This document shows, in pieces, positions 48,001 to 62,280 of a DNA stretch of 64,000 nucleotides (position 1 is its first letter; every line of letters begins with the position of its first letter). This stretch comes from the human T2T-CHM13v2.0 reference genome, Homo sapiens. A program made the position numbers and the translations under genes. The notes beneath the pieces are model-generated. The model was given only the letters and a program-made list of their open reading frames with translations. It searched no databases and was not told the DNA's origin. The stretch is taken from assembly GCF_009914755.1 (NCBI RefSeq), contig NC_060937.1; one strand, written 5' to 3'.

Positions 48001-51000
48001 ATCAAATATAGATTATATACTGTACATATAATATCAATGTACCCCAAATATATATTTTATACTCTACATGAAATATCAAAGTTCACAAACCATACATTAT
48101 ATACTGTACATAAAATATCAAAGTACCCAAGGTATATATTCTATAGTGTACAAAAAATATCAAAGTACCCAAAGCATGTATTATATACTGTACATAAAAT
48201 ATGAAAGTACATCAAATATATATTTTATTCTGTACATAAAATATCAAATTACACCAGATATATATACTATAGTGTACATAAAATATCAAAGTACCCAAAC
48301 TATACATTATATACTGCACATGAAATATGAAATTACATAAAATATATATTATATTAGGTACATAAAATATGAAATTACATAAAATATATATTATATTAGT
48401 TATATAAAATAAGAAAGTACATCAAATATAGATTATATACTGTACATTAAATACCAAACTACCCCAAATATATATTTTATACTGTATATGAAATATCAAA
48501 CTTCACAAACTATATATAATATACTGTACATAAAATATCAAAGTACCCAAGGTATATATTCTATACTGTACAAAAGATATCAAAGTACCCAAAGCATGTA
48601 TTATATACTGTACATAAAATATGAAATTACATCAAATATATATTTTATTCTGTACATAAAATATCAAACTACACCAGATATATATTCTATAGTGTACATA
48701 AAATATAAAAGTACCGAAACTATTTATTATATACTGTACATAAAATATGAAATTGCATCAAATATATATTAGTTACATAATATATTAAAGTACATCAAAT
48801 ATAGATTATATACTGTACATAAAATATCAATGTACCCCAAATATATATTTTATACTATACATGAAATATCAAAGTTCACAAACCATATATTGTATACTGT
48901 ACATAAAATATCAAAGTACCCAAGGTATATATTCTATACTGTACAAAAAATATCAAAGTACCCAAAGCATGTATTATATACTGTACATAAAATATGAAAG
49001 TACATCAAATATATATTTTATTCTGTACATAAAATATCAAAGTACACCAGATATATATTCTATAGTGTACATAAAATATCAAAGTACCCAAACTATACAT
49101 TATATACTGTACATAAAATATGAAATTACATCAAATATATATTATATTAGGTACATAAAATATGAAAGTACATCAAATAGAGATTATATACTGTACATTA
49201 AATACCAAAGTACCCCAAATATATATTTTATACTGTACATGAAATATCAAAGTTCACAAACTATATATTATATACTGTACATAAAATATCAAAGTACCCA
49301 AGGTATATATTCTATACTGTACAAAAAATATCAAAGTACCCAAAGCATGTATTATATACTGTACCTAAAATATGAAAGTACATGAAATATATATTATATT
49401 CTGTACATAAAATTTCAAAGTACACCAGATATATATTCTATAGTGTGCATAAAATATCAAAGTACCCAAACATTACATTATGTACTGTACATAAAATATG
49501 AAATTACATCAAATATATATTATATTAGGTACATAAAATATGAAAGTACATCAAATATAGATTATACACTATATATAAAATATCAAAGTACCCCAAATAT
49601 ATATTATATACTCTACATGAAATATCAAAGTTCACAAACTATATATTATATACTGTACATAAAATAAAGTCCCCAAGGTATATATTCTATACTGTAGAAA
49701 AAATATCAAAGTACCCAAAGCATGTATTATATACTGTACATAAAATATGAAAGTACATCAAATATATATTTTATTCTGAACATAAAATATCAAGGTACAC
49801 CAGATATATATTCTATAGTGTACATATAATAACAAAGTACACAAACTATAAATTATATACTGTACATAAAATATGAAATTACATCAAATATATATTAAGT
49901 ACATAAAATATGAAAGTACATCAAATATAGATTATATACTGTACATAAAATATAAATGTACCCCAAATATATATTTTATACTCTACATGAAATATCAAAG
50001 TTCACAAACCATATATTATATACTGTACATAAAATATCAAAGTACCCAAGCTATATATTCTATACTGTACAAAAAATATCAAAGTACCCAAAGCATGTAT
50101 TATATACTGTACATAAAATATGAAACTACATCAAATATATATTTTATTCTGTACAAAAAATATCAAAGTACACCAGACATATTTTCTATAGTGTACATAA
50201 AATATCAAAGTACCCAAAGCATGTATTATATACTGTACATAAAATATGAGAGTACATCAAATATATATTTTATACTGTACATAAAATATCAAAGTACACC
50301 AGATATATATTCTATAGTGTACATAAAATATCAAAAGTACACAAACTATAAATTATATACTGTACATAAAATATGAAATTACATCAAATATATATTAGGT
50401 ACATAAAATATGAAAGTACATCAAATATAGATTATATACTGTACATAAAATATCAATGTACCCCAAATATATATTTTATACTCTACATGAAATATCAAAG
50501 TTCACAAACCATATATTATATACTGTACATAAAATATCAAGGTACCCAAGGTATATATTCTATACTATACAAAAAATATCAAAGTACCCAAAGCATGTAT
50601 TATATACTGTACATAAAATATGAGAGTACATAAAATATATATTTTATTCTGTACATAAAATATCAAAGTACACCAGATATATATTCTATAGTGTACATAA
50701 AATATCAAAGTACCCAAACTATACATTATATACTGTACATAAAATATGAGATTACATCAAATATATATTATATTAGGTACATAAAATATGAAAGTACATC
50801 TGATATAGATTATACACTGTACATAAAATATCAAAGTACCCCAAATATATATTATATAATCTACATGAAATATGATAGTTCAAAAACTATATATTATATA
50901 CTGTACATAAAATATCAAAGTACCCAAGGTATATATTCTATACTGTACAAAAAATATCAAAGTACCCAAAGCATGTATTATATACTGTGTATAAAATATG

Positions 51001-54000
51001 AAAATACATTAAATATATATTTTATTCTGTACATGAAATATCAAAGTACACCAGATATATATTCTATAGTGTACATAAAATAACAAAGTACACAAACTAT
51101 AAATTATATACTGTACGTAAAATATGAAATTACATCAAATATATATTAGGTACATAAACTATGAAAGTACATCAAATATAGATTATATACTGTACATATA
51201 ATATCAATGTACCCCAAATATATATTTTATACTCTACATGAAATATCAAAGTTCACAAACCATACATTATATACTGTATATAAAATATCAAAGTACCCAA
51301 GGTATATATTCTATACTGTACAAAAAATATCAAAGTACCCAAAGCATGTATTATATACTGTACATAAAATATGAAAGTACATCAAATATATATTTTATTC
51401 TGTACATAAAATATCAAAGTACACCAGATATATATTCTATAGTGTACATAAAATAACAAAGTACACAAACTATAAATTATATACTGTACATAAAATATGA
51501 AATTACATCAAATATATATTAGGTACATAAAATATGAAAGTATATCAAATATAGATTATATACTGTACATATAATATCAATGTACACCAAATATATATTT
51601 TATACTGTACATGAAATATCAAAGTTCACAAACCATATATTATATACTGTACATAAAATATCAAAGTACCCAAGGTATATATTCTATACTGTACAAAAAA
51701 TATCAAAGTACCCAAAGCATGTATTATATACTGTACATAAAATATGAAAGTACATCAAATATATATTTTATTCTGTACATAAAATATCAAAGTACACCAG
51801 ATATATATTCTATAGTGTACATAAAATATCAAAGTACCCAAACTATACATTATATACTATACATAAAATATGAAATTACATCAAATATATATTATATTAG
51901 GTACATAAAATATGAAAGCACATCAAATATAGATTATATACTGTACATTAAATACCAAAGTACCCCAAATATATATTTTATACTGTACATCAAATATCAA
52001 AGTTCACAAACTATATATTATATACTGTACATAAAATATCAAAGTACCCAAGGTATATATTCTATACTGTACAAAAAATATCAAAGTACCCAAAGCATGT
52101 ATTATATACTGTACATAAAATATGAAAGTACATGAAATATATATTTTATTCTGTACATAAAACATCAAAGTACACCAGATATATATTCTATAGTGTACAT
52201 AAAATATCAAAGTACCCAAACTATACATTATATACTGTACATAAAATATGAAATTACATCAAATATATATTATATTAGGTACATAAAATATGAAAGTACA
52301 TCAAATATAGATTATATACTGTACATAAAATATCAAAGTACCCCAAATATATATTATATACTCTACATGAAATATCAAAGTTCACAAACCATATATTATT
52401 TACTGTACATAAAATATCAAAGTACCCAAGGTATATATTCTATACTGTACAAAAAATATCAAAGTACCCAAAGCATGTATTATATACTGTACATAAAATA
52501 TGAAACTACATGAAATATATTTTTTATTCTGTATAATAAATATCAAAGTACACCAGATATATATTCTATAGTGTACATAAAATATCAAAGTACCCAAACT
52601 ATACATTATATACTGTACATAAAATATGAAATTACATCAAATATATATTATATTAGGTACATAAAATATGAAAGTACATCAAATATAGATTATATACTGT
52701 ACATAAAATATCAAAGTACCCCAAATATATATTATATACTGTACATGAAATATCAAAGTTCACAAACTATATATTATATACTGTACATAAAATATCAAAG
52801 TACCCAAGGTATATATTCTATACTGTACAAAAGATATCAAAGTACCCAAAGCATGTATTATATACTGTACATAAAATATGAAAGTACATCAAATATATAT
52901 TTTATTCTGTACATAAAATATCAAAGTACACCAGATATATATTCCATAGTGTACATAAAATATCAAACTACCCAAACTATTTATTATATACTGTACATAA
53001 AATATGAAATTACATCAAGTATATATTATATTAGATACATAAAATATGAAAGTACATCAAATATAGCTTATATACTGTATATTAAATACCAAAGTACCCC
53101 AAATATATATTTTATACTGTACATGAAATATCAAATTTCACAAACTATATGTTATATACTGTACATAAAATATCAAAGAACCCAAGGTATATATTCTATA
53201 CTGTACAAAAAATATCAAAGTACCAAAAGCATGTATTATATACTGTACCTAAAATATGAAAGTACATCAAATATATATTTTACTCTGTACATAAAATATC
53301 AAAGTACACCAGATATATATTCTATAGTGTACATAAAATATCAAAGTACCCAAACTATACATTATATACTGTACATAAAATATGAAATTACATCAAATAT
53401 ATATTATATTAGGTACATAAAATATGAAAGTACATCAAATATAGATTATATACTGTACATAAAATATCAATGTACCCCAAATATATATTTTATACTCTAC
53501 ATGAAATATCAAAGTTCACAAACCATATATTGTATACTGTACATAAAATATCAAAGTACCCAAGGTATGTATTCTATACTGTACAAAAAATATCAAAGTA
53601 CCCAAAGCATGTATTATATACTGTACATAAAATATGAAAGTACATCAAATATATATTTTATTCTGTACATAAAATATCAAAGTACACCAGATATATATTC
53701 TATAGTGTACATAAAATATGAAAGTACCCAAACTATACATTATATACTGTACATAAAATATGAAATTACATCAAATATATATTATATTAGGTACATAAAA
53801 TATGAAAGTACATCAAATAGAGATTATATACTGTACATTAAGTACCAAAGTACCCCAAATATATATTTTATACTCTACATGAAATATAAAAAGTTCACAA
53901 ACTATATATTATATACTGAACATAAAATATCAAAGTACCCAAGGTATATATTCTATACTGTACAAAAAATATCAAAGTACCCAAAGCATGTATTATAAAC

Positions 54001-56950
54001 TGTACATAAAATATGAAAGTACATCAAATATATATTTTATTCTGTACATAAAATATCAAAGTACACCAGATATATATTCTATAGTGTACATAAAATATCA
54101 AAGTACCCAAACTATACATTATATACTGTACATAAAATATGAAATTACATCAAATATATATTATATTAGGTACATAAAATATGAAAGTACATCAAATATA
54201 GATAATATACTGTACATAAATTATCAACGTACCCCAAATATATATTATATACTCTCCATGAAATATCAAAGTTCACAAACTATATATTATATACTGTACA
54301 TAAAATATCAAAGTACCCAAGGTATATATTCTATACTGCACAAAAAATATCAAAGTACCCAAAACATGTATTATATACTGTATATAAAATATGAAAGTAC
54401 ATCAAATATATATTTTATTCTGTACATAAAATATCAAAGTACACCAGATATATATTGTATAGTGTACATATAATAACAAAGTACACAAACTATAAATTAT
54501 ATACTGTACATAAAATATGAAATTACATCAAATATATATTAGGTACATAAAATATGAAAGTACATCAAATATAGATTATATACTGTACATAAAATATCAA
54601 TGTACCCCAAATATATATTTTATACTCTACATGAAATATCAAAGTTCACAAACCATATATTATATACTGTAAATAAAATATCAAAGTACCCAAGGTATAT
54701 ATTCTATACTGTACAAAAAATATCAAAGTACCCAAAGCATGTATTATATACTGTACATAAAATATGAAACTACATCAAATATATATTTTATTCTGTACAA
54801 AAAATATCAAAGTACACCAGACATATTTTCTATAGTGTACATAAAATATCAAAATACCCAAAGCATGTATTATATACTGTACATAAAATATGAAAGTACA
54901 TCAAATATATATTTTATACTGTACATAAAAAATCAAAGTACACCAGATATATATTCTATAGTGTACATAAAATATCAAAAGTACCCAAAATATACATTAT
55001 ATACTGTACATAAAATATGAAATTACATCAAATATATATTATATTAGGTACATAAAATATGAAAGTACATCAAATATAGATTATATACTGTACATTAAAT
55101 ACCAAAGTACCCCAAATATATATTTTATACTGTACATGAAATATCAAAGTTCACACACTATATATTATATACTGTACATGAAATATCAAAGTACCCAAGG
55201 TATATATTCTATACTGTACAAAAAACATCAAAGTACCCAAAGCATGTATTATATACTGTACATAAAATATGAAAGTACATCAAATATGTATTTTATTCTG
55301 TACATAAAATATCAAACTACACCAGATATATATTCTATAGTGTACATAAAATATCAAAGTACCCAAACTATACATTATATACTGTACATAAAATATGAAA
55401 TTACATCAAATATATATTATATTAGGTACATAAAATATGAAAGTACATCAAATATAGATTATATACTGTACATAAAATATCAAAGTACACCAAATATATA
55501 TTATATACTCTACATGAAATATCAAAGTTCACAAACTATATATTATATACTGTACATAAAATATCAAAGTACCCAAGGTATATATTCTATACTGTACAAA
55601 AAATATCAAAGTATCCAAAGCATGTATTATATACTGTATATAAAATATGAAAGTAAATAAAATATATATTTTATTCTGTACATAAAATATCAAAGTACAC
55701 CAGATATATATTCTATAGTGTACATAAAATAACAAAGTACACAAACTATAAATTATATACTGTACATAAAATATGAAATTACATCAAATATATATTAGGT
55801 ACATAAAATATGAAAGTACATCAAATATAGATTATATACTGTACATATAATATCAATGTACCCCAAATATATATTTTATACTCTACATGAAATATCAAAG
55901 TTCACAAACCATATATTATATACTGTACATAAAATATCAAAGTACCCAAGGTATATATTCTATACTATACAAAAAATATCAAAGTACCCAAAGCATGTAT
56001 TATATACTGTACATAAAATATGAAAGTACATAAAATATATATTTTATTCTGTACATAATATATCAAAGTACACCCGATATATATTCTATAGTGTACATAA
56101 AATATCAAAGTACCCAAACTAAACATTATATACTGTACATAAAATATGAGATTACATCAAATATATATTATATTAGGTACATAAAATATGAAAGTACATC
56201 AGATATAGATTATATACTTTACATAAAATATCAAAGTACCCCAAATATATATTATATACTCTACATGAAATATCAAAGTTCACAAACTATATATTATATA
56301 ATGTACATAAAATATCAAAGTACCCAAGGTATATATTCTATACTGTACAAAAAATATCAAAGTACCCAAAGCATGCATTATATACTGTATACAAAATATG
56401 AAAATACATTAAATATATATTTTATTCTGTACATAAAATATCAAAGTACACCAGATATGTATTCTATAGTGTACATAAAATAACAAAGTACACAAACTAT
56501 CAATTATATACTGTACATAAAATATGAAATTACATCAAATATATATTAGGTACATAAAATATGAAAGTACATCAAATATAGACTATATACTGTACATAAA
56601 ATATCAATGTACACCAAATATATATTTTATACTCTACATGAAATATCAAAGTTCACAAACCATATATTATATACTGTACATAAAACATCAAAGTACCCAA
56701 GGTATATATTCTATACTGTACAAAAAATATCAAAGTACCCAAAGCATGTATTATATACTGTACATAAAATATGAAAGTACATCAAATATATATTTTATTT
56801 TGTACATAAAATATCAAAGTACACCAGATATATATTCTATAGTGTACATAAAATATCAAAGTACCCAAACTATACATTATATACTGTACATAAAATATGA
56901 AATTACATCAAATATATATTATATTAGGTACATAAAATATGAAAGTACAT
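27058..56950 (+). repeat. Macro-duplication copy 2, with 2,249-bp and 1,513-bp blocks absent from copy 1
   Basis: Same marker order as copy 1. Offset steps 29,306-27,057=2,249 and 30,819-29,306=1,513. Match is lost near 56,860-56,975. Confidence 0.88.
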
Positions 56951-59900
56951 CAAATATAGATTATATACTGTACCTTAAATACGAAAGTACCTCAAATATA
57001 TATTTTATACTGTACATGAAATATCAAAGTTCACAAACTATATATTATATACTGTACATAAAATATCAAAGTACCCAAGGTATATATTCTATGCTGTACA
57101 AAAAATATCAAAGTACCCAAAGCATGCATTATAAACTGTACATAAAATATGAAAGTACATCAAATATATATTTTATTCTGTACATAAAATATCAAAGTAC
57201 ACCACATATATATTCTATAGTGTGCATAAAATATCAAAGTACCCAAACTATACATTATATACTGTACATAAAATATGAAATTACATCAAATATATATTAT
57301 ATTAGGTACATAAAATATGAAAGTACATCAAATATAGATTATATACTGTACATAAAGTATCAAAGTACCCCAAATATATATTATATACTCTACGTGAAAT
57401 ATCAAAGTTCACAAACTATATATTATATACTGTACATAAAATATCAAAGTACCCAAGGTATATATTCTATACTCTACAAAAAATATCAAAGTACCCAAAG
57501 CATGTATTATATAGTGTACATAAAATATGAAAGTACATCAAATATATATTTTATTCTGTACATATAATATCAAAGTACACCAGATATATATTCTATAGTG
57601 TACATAAAATGTCAAAGTACCCAAAATATACATTATATACTGTACATAAAATATGAAATTACATCAAATATATATTATATTAGGTACATAAAATATGAAA
57701 GTACATCAAATATAGATTATATACTGTACATAAAATATCAAAGTACCCCAAATATACATTATATACTCTACATGAAATATCAAAGTTCACAAACTATATA
57801 TTATATACTGTATATAAAATATCAAAATACCCAAGGCATATATTCTATACTGTACAAAAAATATCAAAGTACCCAAATCATGTATTATATACTGTATATA
57901 AAATATGAAAGTACATCAAATATATATTTTATTCTGTACATAAAATATCAAAGTACACCAGATATATATTCTATAGTGTACATAAAATAACAAAGTACAA
58001 AAACTATAAATTATATACTGTACATAAAATATGAAATTACATCAAATATATATTAGGTACATAAAATATGAAAGTACATCAAATATAGATTATATACTGT
58101 ACATAAAATATCAATGTACCCCAATATATATATTTTATACTCGACATGAAATATCAAAGTTCACAAACCATATATTATTTACTGTACATAAAATATCAAA
58201 GTACCCAAGGTATATATTCTATAGTGTACAAAAAATATCAAAGTACCCAAAGCATGTATTATATACTGTACATAAAATATGAAACTACATGAAATATATT
58301 TTTTATTCTGTATATAAAATATCAAAGTACACCAGATATATATTCTATAGTGTACATAAAATATCAAAGTACCCAAACTATACATTATATACTGTACATA
58401 AAATATGAAATTACATCAAATATATATTATATTAGGTACATAAAATATGAAAGTACATCAAATATAGATTATATACTGTACATAAAATATCAAAGTACCC
58501 CAAATATATATTATATACTGTACATGAAATATCAAAGTTCAAAAACTATATATTATATACTGTACATAAAATATCAAAGTACCCAAGGTATATATTCTAT
58601 ACTGTACAAAAGATATCAAAGTACCCAAAGCATGTATTATATACTGTACATAAAATATGAAAGTACATCAAATATATATTTTATTCTGTACATAAAATAT
58701 CAAAGTACACCAGATATATATTCTATAGTGTACATAAAATATCAAACTACCCAAACTATTTATTATATACTGTACATAAAATATGAAATTACATCAAGTA
58801 TATATTATATTAGATACATAAAATATGAAAGTATATCAAATATAGCTTATATACTGTATATTAAATACCAAAGTACCCCAAATATATATTTTATACTGTA
58901 CATGAAATATCAAATTTCACAAACTGTATGTTATATACTGTACATAAAATATCAAAGAACCCAAGGTATATATTCTATACTGTACAAAAAATATCAAAGT
59001 ACCAAAAGCATGTATTATATACTGTACCTAAAATATGAAAGTACATCAAATATATATTTTACTCTGTACATAAAATATCAAAGTACACCAGATATATATT
59101 CTATAGTGTACATAAAATATCAAAGTACCCAAACTATACATTATATACTGTACATAAAATATGAAATTACATCAAATATATATTATATTAGGTACATAAA
59201 ATATGAAAGTACATCAAATATAGATTATATACTGTACATAAAATATCAATGTACCCCAAATATATGTTTTATACTCTACATGAAATGTCAAAGTTCACAA
59301 ACCATATATTGTATACTGTACATAAAATATCAAAGTACCCAAGGTATGTATTCTATACTGTACAAAAAATATCAAAGTACCCAAAGCATGTATTATATAC
59401 TGTACATAAAATATGAAAGTACATCAAATATATATTTTATTCTGTACATAAAATATCAAAGTACACCAGATATATATTCTATAGTGTACATAAAATATCA
59501 AAGTACCCAAACTATACATTATATACTGTACATAAAATATGAAATTACATCAAATATATATTATATTAGGTACATAAAATATGAAAGTACATCAAATAGA
59601 GATTATATACTGTACATTAAGTACCAAAGTACCCCAAATATATATTTTATACTCTACATGAAATATAAAAAGTTCACAAACTATATATTATATACTGAAC
59701 ATAAAATATCAAAGTACCCAAGGTATATATTCTATACTGTACAAAAAATATCAAAGTACCCAAAGCATGTATTATAAACTGTACATAAAATATGAAAGTA
59801 CATCAAATATATATTTTATTCTGTACATAAAATATCAAAGTACACCAGATATATATTCTATAGTGTACATAAAATATCAAAGTACCCAAACTATACATTA

Positions 59901-62280
59901 TATACTGTACATAAAATATGAAATTACATCAAATATATATTATATTAGGTACATAAAATATGAAAGTACATCAAATATAGATTATATACTGTACATAAAT
60001 TATCAACGTACCCCAAATATATATTATATACTCTCCATGAAATATCAAAGTTCACAAACTATATATTATATACTGTACATAAAATATCAAAATACCCAAG
60101 GTATATATTCTATACTGCACAAAAAATATCAAAGTACCCAAAAAATGTATTATATACTGTATATAAAATATGAAAGTACATCAAATATATATTTTATTCT
60201 GTACATAAAATATCAAAGTACACCAGATATATATTGTATAGTGTACATATAATAACAAAGTACACAAACTATAAATTATATACTGTACATAAAATATGAA
60301 ATTACATCAAATATATATTAGGTACATAAAATATGAAAGTACATCAAATATAGATTATATACTGTACATAAAATATCAATGTACCCCAAATATATATTTT
60401 ATACTCTACATGAAATATCAAAGTTCACAAACCATATATTATATACTGTAAATAAAATATCAAAGTACCCAAGGTATATATTCTATACTGTACAAAAAAT
60501 ATCAAAGTACCCAAAGCATGTATTATATACTGTACATAAAATATGAAACTACATCAAATATATATTTTATTCTGTACAAAAAATATCAAAGTACACCAGA
60601 CATATTTTCTATAGTGTACATAAAATATCAAAATACCCAAAGCATGTATTATATACTGTACATAAAATATGAAAGTACATCAAATATATGTTTTATACTG
60701 TACATAAAAAATCAAAGTACACCAGATATATATTCTATAGTGTACATAAAATATCAAAAATACACAAAATATACATTATATACTGTACATAAAATATGAA
60801 ATTACATCAAATATATATTATATTAGGTACATAAAATATGAAAGTACATCAAATATAGATTATATACTGTACATTAAATACCAAAGTACCCCAAATATAT
60901 ATTTTATACTGTACATGAAATATCAAAGTTCACACACTATATATTATATACTGTACATAAAATATCAAAGTACCCAAGGTATATATTCTATACTGTACAA
61001 AAAACATCAAAGTACCCAAAGCATGTATTATATACTGTACATAAAATATGAAAGTACATCAAACATGTATTTTATTCTGTACATAAAATATCAAAGTACA
61101 CCAGATATATATTCTATAGTGTACATAAAATATCAAAGTACCCAAACTATACATTATATACTGTACATAAAATATGAAATTACATCAAATATATATTATA
61201 TTAGGTACATAAAATATGAAAGTACATCAAATATAGATTATATACTGTACATAAAATATCAAACTACCCCAAATATATATTATATACTCTACATGAAATA
61301 TCAAAGTTCACAAACTATATATTATATACTGTACATAAAATATCAAAGTACCCAAGGTATATATTCTATACTGTACAAAAAATATGAAAGTATCCAAAGC
61401 ATGTATTATATACTGTATATAAAATATGAAAGTAAATAAAATATATATTTTATTCTGTACATAAAATATCAAAGTACACCAGATATATATTCTATAGTGT
61501 ACATAAAATAACAAAGTACACAAACTATAAATTATATACTGTACATAAAATATGAAATTACATCAAATATATATTAGGTACATAAAATATGAAAGTACAT
61601 CAAATATAGATTATATACTGTACATATAATATCAATGTACCCCAAATATATATTTTATACTCTACATGAAATATCAAAGTTCACAAACCATATATTATAT
61701 ACTGTACATAAAATATCAAAGTACCCAAGGTATATATTCTATACTATACAAAAAATATGAAAGTACCCAAAGCATGTATTATATACTGTACATAAAATAT
61801 GAAAGTACATCAAATATATATTTTATTCTGTACATAATATATCAAAGTACACCCGATATATATTCTATAGTGTACATAAAATATCAAAGTACCCAAACTA
61901 AATATTATATACTGTACATAAAATATGAGATTATATCAAATATATATTATATTAGGTACATAAAATATGAAAGTACATCAGATATAGATTATATACTTTA
62001 CATAAAATATCAAAGTACCCCAAATATATATTATATACTCTACATGAAATATCAAAGTTCACAAACTATATATTATATAATGTACATAAAATATCAAAGT
62101 ACCCAAGGTATATATTCTATACTGTACAAAAAATATCAAAGTACCCAAAGCATGCATTATATACTGTATACAAAATATGAAAATACATTAAATATATATT
62201 TTATTCTGTACATAAAATATCAAAGTACACCAGATATGTATTCTATAGTGTACATAAAATAACAAAGTACACAAACTATA
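52390..62280 (+). repeat. Local duplication at offset 5,779 bp (~52390-56500 vs ~58170-62280)
   Basis: ORF pairs 52571/58350, 53988/59767, 54739/60518, 55136/60915 and shared ORF ends 56483/62262, with scattered substitutions between copies. Confidence 0.85.

Noticed and set aside
52571-53998. Long Tyr/Ile/Lys-rich ORFs (475 aa here and at 58350; 384, 362 and 347 aa elsewhere) resembling a 14-aa repeat protein
   Set aside because: 42 and 378 are multiples of 3 and one consensus frame lacks stops, so ORF length tracks runs of 378-bp units. The frame is broken constantly by the 5-bp deletion and the common TAACAAAG stop variant, so there is no sign of coding constraint.
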